A stretch of 63,992 nt of DNA, the filler included, from an uncultured Myxococcia bacterium (GTDB lineage: Bacteria; CAZTWC01), in assembly GCA_964617105.1 (NCBI GenBank). It is 5 parts of 5 records of this genome, joined end to end, with 100 filler letters (N's around TTAATTAATTAA, not from the genome) between each part and the next. Parts side by side here need not be neighbours in the genome. Positions count along the whole stretch, not along the records: positions 28,779 to 42,749 come from CAZTWC010000074.1; positions 42,850 to 56,651 come from CAZTWC010000075.1; 3 more parts are not named here. One strand, written 5' to 3'. Below, in pieces: positions 41,061 through 52,670 of this stretch; the stretch's first letter is position 1; the number at the start of each line of letters is the position of its first letter. The translations under genes were made by a program, and so were the position numbers. Below the pieces are notes generated by a model, which was given only the letters and a program-made list of their open reading frames with translations, was not told the origin of the DNA and did not search any database.

Positions 41061-42032
41061 CTATGAATAATTTAAAATAACCACAATTATTACCGCCAAT
41101 AAAAAAATCAGGGCACAGGAGATGGCAGCGACCTTAACCGTAGCCATTTTCTTTGTACAAGGCGGAAGTGGAGTAGTTGCTTTTGTCTTTACTCTATCGT
41201 ATAAAATTTGCTTCAGCGTTAATTCAGCAATAAAGTCAACGAGTTCTTGTTGTTTTTCTCCATCCAGTTCAACAAATTTCAATCCATAGAGAAAACAATT
41301 TTTCCCTCTCCATTGTTTTTTTCTTGTTTGGATAATAACTCCCCTGAGTTCCTGGCGCTTATTTTCTTGTAACACCATTTCCAATGTGATCTCTGTCATG
41401 GGTTCCAGATCTAATTCGGTCAATAGGCATATCCCACCGCGGGAAATATCTTTAATGTAACATTTAGATTTGCTGGTTTGGCTGCCTTGGGCATGAATGA
41501 TATGGGCGGGTTGGAAGAGGAGGTCAATGCGAGGACTTTTACGCTCGCCAGGACCTTTCTCCTCAGTTGCCATCACCTCCACTAAACGTAAAATATCTTC
41601 TCTTTGTTCAGAATTAAGGTTGATAAATTCGATTCCCAAAAGATAGGTGTTTATTTGGTAGGGAGCCAGTTTGGTGATTCCGCACTCTGGGCAAAAGAGA
41701 GTTGCCTCCTCGTTCCCTGGAAAAAGAAGACCATACCAATTACAATTGTGACAGTAGTAGCGGGATACATCTTTATCATCTTTTTTTCGGGGTGGCCGGT
41801 ATGGCTGCGTATCCGCTCTGGTAATCCGGCCGTTAACGTCTATCCACTGATTATTTTTGGTCCATATTTTCAGCCGTAATTGTTCTCCCAACTCTCTGGT
41901 GGTTCTGGAGAGAACAGCGCAGCCATTAGCACTGATATTAACCACCTGCTCCTGGGTGGTTTTGGTGTCAGAAATCATCCTTATTGGAGAATTGAATTCT
42001 AGTCTGTGAAAGCGGCGTTTATCATTTCGCAT
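41061..42032 (-). CDS. Tandem PilZ-domain protein with Zn-ribbon insert and C-terminal TM anchor
   Basis: RRFHR..NISANG and RKSPR..DISRGG; CHNC...CPEC; hydrophobic C-terminus. Confidence 0.85.
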   Translation of the reverse strand: MRNDKRRFHRLEFNSPIRMISDTKTTQEQVVNISANGCAVLSRTTRELGEQLRLKIWTKNNQWIDVNGRITRADTQPYRPPRKKDDKDVSRYYCHNCNWYGLLFPGNEEATLFCPECGITKLAPYQINTYLLGIEFINLNSEQREDILRLVEVMATEEKGPGERKSPRIDLLFQPAHIIHAQGSQTSKSKCYIKDISRGGICLLTELDLEPMTEITLEMVLQENKRQELRGVIIQTRKKQWRGKNCFLYGLKFVELDGEKQQELVDFIAELTLKQILYDRVKTKATTPLPPCTKKMATVKVAAISCALIFLLAVIIVVILNYS

Positions 42033-42282
42033 AAATTAACTTAATTCCATTTTCCAGAACGGCCAAATACTATAAAATGTGGTATTTGTAAGATTAAACT
42101 GCAGAGCCTGTGCCTGGCTTGTTTGTAGACTATAGTATATTTTGTCTGAATTGGCAAATAAATGCAGCATTTTTTTGTAGCAGACCGAGGCTATTTGCGC
42201 TATGACGTGAATTTTAGAACAGTTACCAGGGAGACGTTTTTACTTTTTTGACATTGGAAATTCGCCATTGTAGAGTAAAGGG

Positions 42283-42749
42283 ATGAAAAAATCTTATTTT
42301 ATCCGGTTTGCTGTCTTTACTCTGTTGCTCTGCTGCCTTCAGGGTTATGCTGGTCACCCAGCAATGGGTGCTCAAAAATTGCAGCCCAAAAATTTATTGT
42401 CGGCTGACAATTGTCTTCAGGAGGCCTTAAAACTATTTCGTCAAAAAGAGTTTAGCCAGACATCTGGATTACTAGACAATTGTTATAGGGGGGAGGAGCC
42501 AATATTGGCTAAACCCCTGGCTGCCTTTGTTATGGGATATTCCCTTTTTGCCCAGCATGAATATTTTAGAGCCGAACCATTTTTAAGGGCTGCAGGTCGA
42601 AATAAAAGTTCTGTACAACCATATGCCCGCTATGTTTTGGCAGAGAATCTCTTCTATATTTGGAAACGCCGGGAGGCAACCGCTATTTTGCTGGAACTAT
42701 TCGGAGCAACTCCCCGTTTTTGGGGAGGCAGGCTGCCGGCTCGCCTGGG
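42283..42749 (+). CDS. Exported TPR-like protein, N-terminal fragment
   Basis: Signal peptide and helical TPR-like repeats; truncated by contig end. Confidence 0.55.
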
Positions 42750-42849
42750 NNNNNNNNNNNNNNNNNNNNNNNNNNNNNNNNNNNNNNNNNNNNTTAATTA
42801 ATTAANNNNNNNNNNNNNNNNNNNNNNNNNNNNNNNNNNNNNNNNNNNN
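42750..42849. other. Artificial contig linker
   Basis: N44-TTAATTAATTAA-N44. Confidence 0.98.
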
Positions 42850-45800
42850 GACCCATCCAAGAATTCCAAAGGATACGAGTGGGTCAGGTTCGACCGCCAT
42901 TCCGTCAAACTGGTGGTTATTTATAATGACAACCAAGCCCCTGGACTGCCGGTTCAAAAAAACCCGGAAAACGATACCATAACCAGGGAGAAACAGATTG
43001 TCTTTTCTGCCCAGGTTAATGACCCGGACGGACACCAGGTAAGAGGCATCTTCGAAGTAAACGGCTCACAACACTCTGGCAACTGGGTGAAAGGCAACGG
43101 GCTCTCCTCGGTGACGGTGAGTTTGTCCAGCGACAAATACCATTGGCGGGTAAGGGCCCAGGATAACCCGCCCACCGACCAATACAAATACTGCAATTAT
43201 AAGCACACTGAATACCAGGACTATTGTGAAACCTACTGTGATCCGGAGCACCCGCAATATCAATACTATAAAGACTATTTTTGCCCGCGATTCTGCAAAT
43301 GCCAAACCATGCACAAATACAGCCCCTGGACTGGTTACTGGGACTTTACAGTTGACTACACCCCTCCCAATACGCCCGAAGTATCGGATGAGGGCCAATT
43401 CACCACCAGTCAGGATAAACTCAAAGTGTTCTGGTCGAAATCTAAAGATAAAGGCACTCGGATGGATGGTTATGAAGTCAGAGTTTTTTACCAACCTCCC
43501 GACGGCAGCCTTACCTTACTGGAAGACTGGACCCGGGTAGGTAAAAAAACCAAAAAAACTTATGGCCACTTGATCCTGCACAACGGGTACACCTACTATT
43601 TTCAGGTGCGGGCCAAAGACAAAATTGGCAATTGGAGCGATATTGGCCAAAGTGACGGTATTACTGTGGATTATACCGCCCCCACCACCCCGGTAGTTAT
43701 TGATGAAGGAACAATTCAAAAGGACTCCGATTCCCGGCTGAGTGCGGAGTGGTCCAGCCTTGATATTGAAAGCAGTATCAAACTCTATCGCTATGCCATC
43801 TCAACTTGCCCAAATTTGGGTAATGACGATTGTACTGAGGTGCTGGGTTGGACCAATACCACTGCCACCCAGATTGAAGTTAACGGATTGAATTTAAAAA
43901 GCGGCAAAACTTACTATTTCAAGGTGCAGGCTAAAAACCACGCTGGCATCTGGAGCAATGTTGGATACAGCGATGGTATTCTGATCGATTATCTACCGCC
44001 AGCAGATGAGATTATCCCTCCCCAAATTAAAATAATGCCCAGGGAGCCAACCACTGACGATGACTTAAACCTGGAGATACAAAACGGCACGGTGGTTATT
44101 CCCCAAAAAGGTAAATTTCTGCGTAAAGCGCTGATAAACCGCTCTGCTTTTATGCATCCCAAAGGTAAATTTCTGTTTTTTGCTGACCGGCATAAAAAAA
44201 TAAGTTGCCTGGATATAAAAAAGAAAAGCATTCACAAGATAGCCCACCAATATATTGGTGATGATGATTATGAACTCCGGAACGCCTTTAGCAAGGATGG
44301 TAAATATTTGTATGCCCTTAAACGCAAAAATAAAAAAATCGTGGTGCTGGATGTGAGTAACGGATGCCATAAAGTAGTAAAAAAGAAGGAGATCGATGGC
44401 TTCAATAAATTACACACTTGCGCGATAAATGGAGATGGTACCAGGTTATTTTGCACTGAACGGCATTTAGATGGTCATCTGGTTATTATTGATGTTAAAA
44501 ATTTCACATTTATCAAACGGGTTCAACTGGACCACTTTCCAAAGGCCATTGTCTGGAATCAGAAACACAATCAACTTATCACCTGTGGTTCCGGTTATAT
44601 CGACTTTTACAACCCCTCTAACGATGATTTGGTTCGTTTGAAAAGGATTCCGAACAATTCCTGCTCCAAAGATGGCGCTATTATGAGTGCCGATGGCAAA
44701 TTTGCCTATTTTACCAATCACAAGGCCGTGGTGGTGGTAGACACCAAGACCATGACCATAGTAACCACCATCTACCAATCCACCCGCTATTTTGATGTGG
44801 CGCCCGACAACAGCATGTTTTTCATTGCCAATGGCCACGGTGTTCATATTTATCGAATGGCAGATCATAAATTTATCGGTAAAATCAAGGGCAAATTCCG
44901 CTCACACATTGTATCTGATCCTTCCACCGGTAATTTTTATGTGCAAATTAATGATGACTGGTATGAATTTGACGTTAGGATCAACTATGCTATCAAGTGG
45001 CTGAAAAGCGCTGACAACGGTCACAGTTTCCATGAAATCATGACGGCCAGCGGAAAAAAATTCCTCAGCCATCTAATTACCAGTCCCGGGGATATTATCC
45101 GGGCGGAAGTGACACCGCAACAAGGTTCAAAAGTTGGACCCACCGTCTCTGACCAGGTGACGGTCAAGGATATCCTACCCAATGTTCCGGTGTTGATCGC
45201 TCCGGCAGATGGCCATTGGAACGGTAATGGTTTACCCTCCTTCAGTGCCCTGGTTAGTAATTCCGGCCAAAACGATGTATGGGCAGTGTTTGTGGTGAAC
45301 GGCCAAAAAATCGTGGGCAGTAAAGTTTCAGGTTCCGGCACCAGCACAGCCACCATCCCCCAGGAGTTATCTGACGGCGCTTATTCCTGGTATGCCTATG
45401 CTGACAATGGCTCCCAACAGAGCGAAAACAGTGAATCCTGGAACTTTAGTGTGGATACCAGTCCACCTTTCTATCCATCTATTAAGTTGGCCGGCCGCTA
45501 TACCAGCGAATCTAATAAACTTCTCTTTACCCTGCGCAGTCAGGATTGGCAATCGGGTGTCAGCCAATGGGCCTATGCGATTCGGGATAAACAGGGAAAC
45601 CTGGTGAAGGAATGGACATATCTTGACAGCGACCAGGCAAACGACAGTTCCATTGAGATAGATCTTAGCCTGACCATGCAAAACAATCATACCTACAATA
45701 TATACGCAGCGGCTAAAAACCAGGCCGGTATCTGGAGCAGCCAGGGCGACACCGCCCATCCCGCTGGGGGCATCACCGTTGACCTTACCTTGCCGGCCAC

Positions 45801-48258
45801 CCCTACGGTTTCGATAGGTCAAAAATATATTATTTCTAACGACCAGGTTACTATAAGGCGTAGTACCGCGGGTGACCCGGAATCGGGCATAACCATGTAC
45901 CAATACGCCATTGGCACCCAACCGGGCGCCATGGATGTAAAAGGATGGACAGATCTATATCCCTCCGCGGGTATTAGTCTGCCCGGCAACGGATACTCCA
46001 GCAAGAGCGGCAGCTGTTTTTACGAACCTAACCAGGAATCGGGTTCCTGCGCCAATGCCACCTGGAATTACTTGCTTAATACAGCCAATAGCAGTGAGTA
46101 TTTCGCCTATCTGATTACTCATAACTACCCGGCCACGGCGGCTGATTTTGGGGTTATGCACAAAGTGGAACTCTCGGTGGACGGCGCCAAAAAGGGGACC
46201 TTCTGGAACTGGGCCGCCGCTCAAAAGCAATACCAGAGGATATTTATAGGCACATTGTTGCCAGGCTGGAAACACCTCAGCCTGGGCTGGGAAAATAACT
46301 GGGACAGACCGGAATGGCAGCCGGCCAAAAACTCTAACCTGCTGATCTCTGAGGTTGGTCTGATACCGGCTCCCAACCAGGTGACGGTCACAGGACTCTC
46401 CCTGGTAGACGGCCAGAGTTATTATCTAAGCCTGCGGGCAGTTAACGGCGCCGGGATAAGCGGCAGCGCCAGCAGTAGCGCTTTCTTCAAGGTGGACGCC
46501 AGTTCACCTGCTCCGCCGGTGTTAATTGATGATGGAGACTCCACCACATCTTACAACACTCTTCGGGCCAGATGGAACGGTGAAGACGGCTCCAGCCCGG
46601 CAACTGACCCGGATTCGGGTATCCTCTATTACGAGTATTCCATTGGTAAAAGCCGGGGAAGCACTGATATGCTTAACTGGACCAATATCGGCCAAGCCAC
46701 TGAGGTTACCAACACCAATTTAACCCTGCAATATAACACATCCTATTTTATCAATGTTCGGGCCACCAACGGCGCCGGCCTGATCTCTGAAATTGTTTCC
46801 ACCGACGGTATAAGAACTATCCTGCCCTACCCCAGCCCCACAGTTACCAACACCTTGCGCGGCTGGAACCCTGACGATTCACCCGAAATTATCATTGCTG
46901 ATAATAATGTAATGGGCTTGAAGGTAAAACGCTATGAATACCGGATCAGCGGCTCCTCTCCGACGGAAAAAACTCCGCAAAAGGGATTTGTAGAGAGAGA
47001 GGATATCCCCTTACCTCTGGCCGGTCAGATGCTGGTTACCAACGGTGAATACATCTACCTTAAACGAACTGGTCAGCAGGCTGGGTCCCCCAGGTTTGGC
47101 ATTATCGGTTCCGGTTACAATATGTCTATCCAGGGCAAATACTATGGAGTGATAGACGGCGATTACGACTTCGACAGTTTCTCCGCCGCCTACCTTCCCT
47201 TTAACGATGATTTTAGCACCAGTGATTACTGGACAGTCACTGGTTCTCCAAATCTGGGAGAATTTGTGGATGGATTACCGGCCGCCAAATTTTTCACCCA
47301 GGCCAGTTTGAGCAAAAATACCAACCCCAATGCACGCACCTCTTCAGCCAGGGTTGATATCAAGTTGGATTCTCTAGAAGGCTCTGCTCAACTATTGGCC
47401 TTTATTGGCAATGGTTACAGTTGGGCCATCCGGCTGGAAAACGGTTCTTTTAAATACCAGTCCAAAATAGGCGCCAATGTTGCGACCGGCGAATTTGATT
47501 TGTCACCAGTTGTAGGCCAATGGTTTACTGTTGAGGTGGCTAAGAGCGTCACCGGGTATGTAAAGGGCTGGATCTATCCGGCCACAACCGGACGAAACCA
47601 GAACTATTACGCGGAAAAATCGGGTTATCCCATAGAATGGAAACCAAGTTTAACTATTTCTAACCTGAATGCCAACTTTTACGCCCAAACTTTTAGGGAA
47701 GATGGCCTGGGTGGCAGTCAAGGCTTTATCTATAACGGATACACCAAAACCGGCATGGATTTGGAACGGATACGCCTCTCTGACGGTTCGGTTGACTATA
47801 TTTCTGTGCCTGATGGGCTGCTGGCTGCCACTTCATTGCGGCAAGCCGGAACTGGTGAGCGGGTACACATAACCTCTGATGGAGAATTTATCTACAATAT
47901 ATGCTCAACTGACAATTTTTACCAGGTTCGTAAATTTAAGTTGGCCGGCAATACCTTACTCATGATTTCCGATAAAATTCAAACCGGGGTAAACCGGGTT
48001 TTTAACGAAAAATCGGTATTTGCCGATGGTGCCTATCTCACTGCAGTGGGAACCGGCCTGGCAACCAAGTTCCCGGTTTTTATCAACCCTAACAGCATTG
48101 CTCAACAGGTAAACTCCTGGGTATTTGAAGATAAAATAGCCGGCCAGGGTCATTACGATACTTCTAACGGTATCCTGTGGGCTATTGACCAGGTATCAGG
48201 CAACCTGAAACAGTATAAAGAGGGCAACTGGATAAACCTGGGTAAAGAGCGTAAATTC
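42850..48258 (+). CDS. Giant surface protein, part 1 (5'-truncated): Ig/FN3-like repeats with inserted propeller and lectin-like domains
   Basis: Frame open from the contig start; repeated D.T.P..P...D.ESGI..Y.YAIG...YY..V.A.N.AG..S...SDG modules. Confidence 0.85.
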
Positions 48259-48268
48259 NNNNNNNNNN

Positions 48269-50743
48269 GCAGTATTTGACAACAATGAAACCTCTGATAT
48301 TGGTGCTGAACTGATTCTCATAGACACTACTCCACCCTTAGGAAAACCGGTGGTAACTGCGGTTGACAACCTGGGTTATTTGGGCCAAAATCACCAATTT
48401 ACCATCAACTGGACTACCGAGCAGGTAAAAGACGATGAATCTGGTATTTTCACCTTTCAGGTTGCTCTGGGCAGCACTCCGGGGCTAGCCGATGTTAATG
48501 GCTGGACCGATGTTGGACTGGTTAACACCTATACTTTTGCCGGTCTCAATCTATTACCAGGCGCTACTTATTATGCCATGGTCAGAGCGGTTAACTCCGC
48601 TAACCTGACCGGAAATTCCAACAGCACCAAGGGAACTGTCATCGACCTGACTCCGCCATCCAAGCCGGTTATCGTGGTCGAAGGCTCCAAGACCTTTGAC
48701 CTGGAAAAACTTCATGCTCAGTGGTTCTCGGTGGATCATCAAGATCCGAAATTGACCTACCGGGTAACTATCCGCGATAGCAATGATTGCAGCAATGTTC
48801 CGGATGACGAGTGGATGGATATGGGACCTGCCAATGGCGGTACATTTATGTATAATCTGGAATTGGGTAGTTACTACTATATCTGTGTTCAGGCTCGCAA
48901 CCGGGCGGGTTTTTACAGTAAGATTTCCAAAAGCGATGGCGGCGTCAAAGGCTGTAGAGGAACGGCGCTCAACGAGTTCTCCGATAATTTCAACAATTCC
49001 GACAGTATCAGCGTTGGCAACTACTACAACCAGTGGAAAAACTGGTACTCCCAGGATGAATGGACCACTCTCGGCATAGGTGGCATCCAACCAAAATTTG
49101 CCAGCATGGGCGGCATATTTGGAGATGACTCGCCTGCCTCCAATATCATTACCAATGGACGTGAGGATTGGGTAGAAGCCTCTTTATACGGCCAAATAAT
49201 CGTTTTTAAACCGGGCGCTGGCGCTGGATTTGCTTTCCGCTTTCAAGACCGACGCAATTACATTCTTTTCTACCAAACCGATGATGGCAGAGCCCCGAAT
49301 GGAATGATAAACCAACCGGGAAGTTATCTTTACGCTATTGTTGATGGCACCCCGAACCTGATTGCTGAAAGAAGAGATATAACCTTTACCGTGGGTCTAA
49401 CCCACCAGGTAAAAATCGATACCTCTGACCAGTATATACGAGTCTGGTTTGACAACGATGGTAACGGCAATCTGGAATTGAATGAATTGGTATTCAACGA
49501 AAACAGCAAATTACTTGTTCACGGCGCTATAGGTCTCTACGCCTATGGCAGTAACTCTATGATTTTCGATAATATCAGCGTTACCGCCAAACGGGGCACA
49601 GTACTCATGGATATTGAACCGGAAAATGAAAAAATCGAGTGGTTTATTGATACTCCCCCTCGTATTATTGGAACTCCGAAAGATGAAAATGGCAATGAGA
49701 TCAAAGTACCCATTCTGGAAGGTAAACACTTTTTGTTTGTGGGCTGCCGCATTGTTGGTAAATTTATAGTTACTGACTGTGGTGAACTGTGGGAAGACCC
49801 CCAAAACAAACTGGACCCTGACTTTGCCGAAATTATTGGCGACAAAATGTTCTTTAAATATCGGTTTGGCGACAAAACCGTGTGCAAAACGGGCGGGGAT
49901 TCTACCAGCGGTCAATCCCTTACCGCCCTGGACTATGAAAATGGAGGAAACAACCAATCTTCTTTTGATAGTAGTGAAGCCGGTTCTTTCTCAAATACCG
50001 GTTTAATTGATCACTTCAACATCATCAAAGAGGGTAAATTTGCTGCCGGCTCCTTTAACACTCTGGCAACTGGCGCCACTGCTCAATTGGTGGCACCGCC
50101 GTGGTTGTTTAAAAAGGCTGAAAACATTTTATGGGAACAGATCTCTGGCGATAAAGCGATATTGAGCAATACCAGGGCTGCTGATCCAATGATCATTGCC
50201 CCTAAAAAACCGCAGGAACTTTACTTTATGCTAACCGGAACCAGAAGTAATGGAAAGTCAATATCTGAAACAGTTAAACTACAGGTGAAAGCTTCAGCAC
50301 CAATTTTAACTGACGGTAAAGTCATCCGGACCGATTTCCCGGCTGCTCTGACCGCCTACCGCCTGCAAAATGTGGCCCGTATTGACATCCCTCAGTCAAT
50401 AACTCCGGCACTTATCCCCTTTACCGGGCTAATTGATACTGCGTCATTACCAGATTTTACCAAGTCTACTTCCCCGGAGGAAGCCCCGGTTCGGTTACTA
50501 ATTGACAAAAATGGTATTTTTAAGCCGGTAACCGCAGTATTTGACTTTATTAAACTGCCTTTTCATCCGGAAAAACCACAGTTTTACCTGGCGGTTGCGC
50601 CTCTGGAGGGGTGGAAAAAAGGCTATGGTTACAGCCTGAATATCACCCAAAAGTTGAAAATTTTCGAACAGATCTCCATCTCCCTGCCCACTCAAAACCT
50701 CTGGCAGGAAAATGCTGTTATTCCCCTGGCTATCCCGAAATAG
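48269..50743 (+). CDS. Giant surface protein, part 2 (probably the same gene across the 10-N gap): FN3-like repeats, ConA-like and PKD-like domains
   Basis: Frame open from the gap (AVFDNNETSDIG..IDTTPP); same repeat signature; FSDNF...FDNISV; WEQISG. Confidence 0.8.
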   Translation, partial: AVFDNNETSDIGAELILIDTTPPLGKPVVTAVDNLGYLGQNHQFTINWTTEQVKDDESGIFTFQVALGSTPGLADVNGWTDVGLVNTYTFAGLNLLPGATYYAMVRAVNSANLTGNSNSTKGTVIDLTPPSKPVIVVEGSKTFDLEKLHAQWFSVDHQDPKLTYRVTIRDSNDCSNVPDDEWMDMGPANGGTFMYNLELGSYYYICVQARNRAGFYSKISKSDGGVKGCRGTALNEFSDNFNNSDSISVGNYYNQWKNWYSQDEWTTLGIGGIQPKFASMGGIFGDDSPASNIITNGREDWVEASLYGQIIVFKPGAGAGFAFRFQDRRNYILFYQTDDGRAPNGMINQPGSYLYAIVDGTPNLIAERRDITFTVGLTHQVKIDTSDQYIRVWFDNDGNGNLELNELVFNENSKLLVHGAIGLYAYGSNSMIFDNISVTAKRGTVLMDIEPENEKIEWFIDTPPRIIGTPKDENGNEIKVPILEGKHFLFVGCRIVGKFIVTDCGELWEDPQNKLDPDFAEIIGDKMFFKYRFGDKTVCKTGGDSTSGQSLTALDYENGGNNQSSFDSSEAGSFSNTGLIDHFNIIKEGKFAAGSFNTLATGATAQLVAPPWLFKKAENILWEQISGDKAILSNTRAADPMIIAPKKPQELYFMLTGTRSNGKSISETVKLQVKASAPILTDGKVIRTDFPAALTAYRLQNVARIDIPQSITPALIPFTGLIDTASLPDFTKSTSPEEAPVRLLIDKNGIFKPVTAVFDFIKLPFHPEKPQFYLAVAPLEGWKKGYGYSLNITQKLKIFEQISISLPTQNLWQENAVIPLAIPK

Positions 50744-50764
50744 CCCCAGGCCAGGCCAGTCAAC

Positions 50765-50849
50765 CCGGCATTAAATTGCCGGAAGTTACACCCCGGGCAT
50801 GAACCCGGGGTTATTAAGGCGCTGAACATTTATAGGTCAGCGCCTTAAT
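50765..50849 (+). terminator. Three consecutive hairpins; the last is a likely terminator
   Basis: CCGGCA/TGCCGG; CCCCGGG/CCCGGGG; ATTAAGGCGCTGA/TCAGCGCCTTAAT followed by TATTTT. Confidence 0.6.
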
Positions 50850-50904
50850 TATTTTAAAACCCCGTACACTCCCACAAACAACACTGGCAATACCCACAAA
50901 TCTA

Positions 50905-50932
50905 TTGATTTATTATACCAATATGTTATAAT
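50905..50932 (+). promoter_or_regulatory. Putative extended -10 promoter of the HEAT-repeat gene
   Basis: TTGATT-N16-TATAAT with TG. Confidence 0.5.
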
Positions 50933-50983
50933 ATAGACATAAGTAAGTTATTTTGTTACCAACACAAGATGTAACTCAATGGT

Positions 50984-51889
50984 ATGAATATAAATAATCC
51001 TATAATTATCATCGCCGCAATTATTTTTTTCTCGGTCTTGTTCCTGTTTATTTTAAACCGCAAAGCCACAAAATCAAAATCCCGCAAAAAAGTCAAGATC
51101 AATACTGTTCAACTTGATACATTACTATCCAGTCTGCAAGATAAAAATAGCATCCCCCAGGTCAAAGAAAACGCCTTAAATACTGTCCGCAATGCCAGAG
51201 GATTCAACCGGGTCTACTTGCTCAAGGCTATGGAAGAAACTGATCCGGAGAAGATGAAAGAAGCGGCTACTGCGGCTTTGGGTAGAATAAAAGATCGGCG
51301 GGCGATAGATTCTTTGATCAATACCCTTCGGGATCGGAACTTTATTCGCCTGAGCGCTATCGATGCTCTGGTCAAAATCGGCGATCCGGCTGTTGTCCCT
51401 TTAATCAACACTCTACAGAATTTCAAATCGGATCTCAGGGAAGACGCGGCCGAGGTGCCGGGGAAAATCGGGGATAAAAGAGCGGTCTTCCCGTTAGCCA
51501 ATTGTCTGAAGGAAAAAAACATTAAGTTACGGATAAAATCTGCCCAGGCCCTGGGGATGATTCAGGACGATATCTCCTTGCCTAACCTACTGGATGCCCT
51601 GGCAGATCACAATTTCAATGTCAGACAAACTGTGATAATGGCACTGGGAAACCTGGGTAACAAAAAAGCGTTATTATCCCTTTTCCACTCTTTAAATGAT
51701 CAAAATTCAAAAGTGCGGCTCAGCGCCATCTGGGCAGTGGGAAAACTGGGAGAGGGGGAGATAACCGCCGAAAAAGCCTTGATAAAGGTATTGAAGGACA
51801 AAAACCACTCTGTGCGGGATAAAGCCTCTACCACCCTTGAAAAATGGCTTCACAAAGGGGAACAAAAGTGCCGGACGGCAACTACCTAG
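50984..51889 (+). CDS. Membrane-anchored HEAT (PBS-lyase-like) repeat protein
   Basis: N-terminal TM; repeated L.D....VR..A..ALG.IG units. Confidence 0.88.
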   Translation: MNINNPIIIIAAIIFFSVLFLFILNRKATKSKSRKKVKINTVQLDTLLSSLQDKNSIPQVKENALNTVRNARGFNRVYLLKAMEETDPEKMKEAATAALGRIKDRRAIDSLINTLRDRNFIRLSAIDALVKIGDPAVVPLINTLQNFKSDLREDAAEVPGKIGDKRAVFPLANCLKEKNIKLRIKSAQALGMIQDDISLPNLLDALADHNFNVRQTVIMALGNLGNKKALLSLFHSLNDQNSKVRLSAIWAVGKLGEGEITAEKALIKVLKDKNHSVRDKASTTLEKWLHKGEQKCRTATT

Positions 51890-51936
51890 AGTTATGGCAT
51901 TCTCTCACTGCCATTTTGTGTGCAGTCGAGATGTGC

Positions 51937-52668
51937 TCAAGAACCAGTCGGCCAGTTATAATACCCCATCACCTGATCAAAAAAGTATTGGTATTTCGAA
52001 AAAACCGGACAATTGGTTTTATCTACCTGAATATCTCTATTCCATTGGTTGCGGCAGGCAGTAAACAGCAGGCTGCCCATCTTTACCGCCTGAGCCCCCA
52101 TAATATCACAATCAAACCGGTCTCCCACATGTAAGGTTTCTTGAGGGGCAACCTTCATCTTCTCCAACGCCAATAAAAATATCTCTGGATGCGGCTTTAA
52201 TACACCTGCCTCTTCGGGTGACATTAATACTGACCATGGGTACCCGGCCAACCCTAAGGCTTTCAACTTTTTTAATGATGGAAAATCGGAAATAATCCCG
52301 ATTTTAATCCCACTTGAAGATAATCCACTCAAGATCTCGTGCAGGTAGGGAAAAGGTCCGATTCTCTCCAACTCTGGATAGATCATCTGGAATAATACCC
52401 GTTCCACCGACTGGTCTATCAGGTTTATATCTATCTGCAAACGCCGGGCCAGCAGTCGCACCTCATCCTTTCGCATATTTTTAAAACGGTATTTTTGCAG
52501 GCGCAACTCCTCCTTAAGAAGAAAGAAATTTTTCAATACTTTTCGATGAAAACCTATTTGCCCAGGATTTTCCAGCAAAAGACGACAAAATATCCGTCTG
52601 GAAAGACGATTTACATTGTACAGGGTGCCATCCAGGTCAAAAGTAACCGCTTTGAAGGGAAAAGACAT
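51937..52668 (-). CDS. HAD-family hydrolase
   Basis: FDLDGTL, KPHPEIF, GDRFDCD; starts 2 nt after the GH3 stop. Confidence 0.92.
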   Translation of the reverse strand: MSFPFKAVTFDLDGTLYNVNRLSRRIFCRLLLENPGQIGFHRKVLKNFFLLKEELRLQKYRFKNMRKDEVRLLARRLQIDINLIDQSVERVLFQMIYPELERIGPFPYLHEILSGLSSSGIKIGIISDFPSLKKLKALGLAGYPWSVLMSPEEAGVLKPHPEIFLLALEKMKVAPQETLHVGDRFDCDIMGAQAVKMGSLLFTACRNQWNRDIQVDKTNCPVFSKYQYFFDQVMGYYNWPTGS

Positions 52669-52670
52669 AA

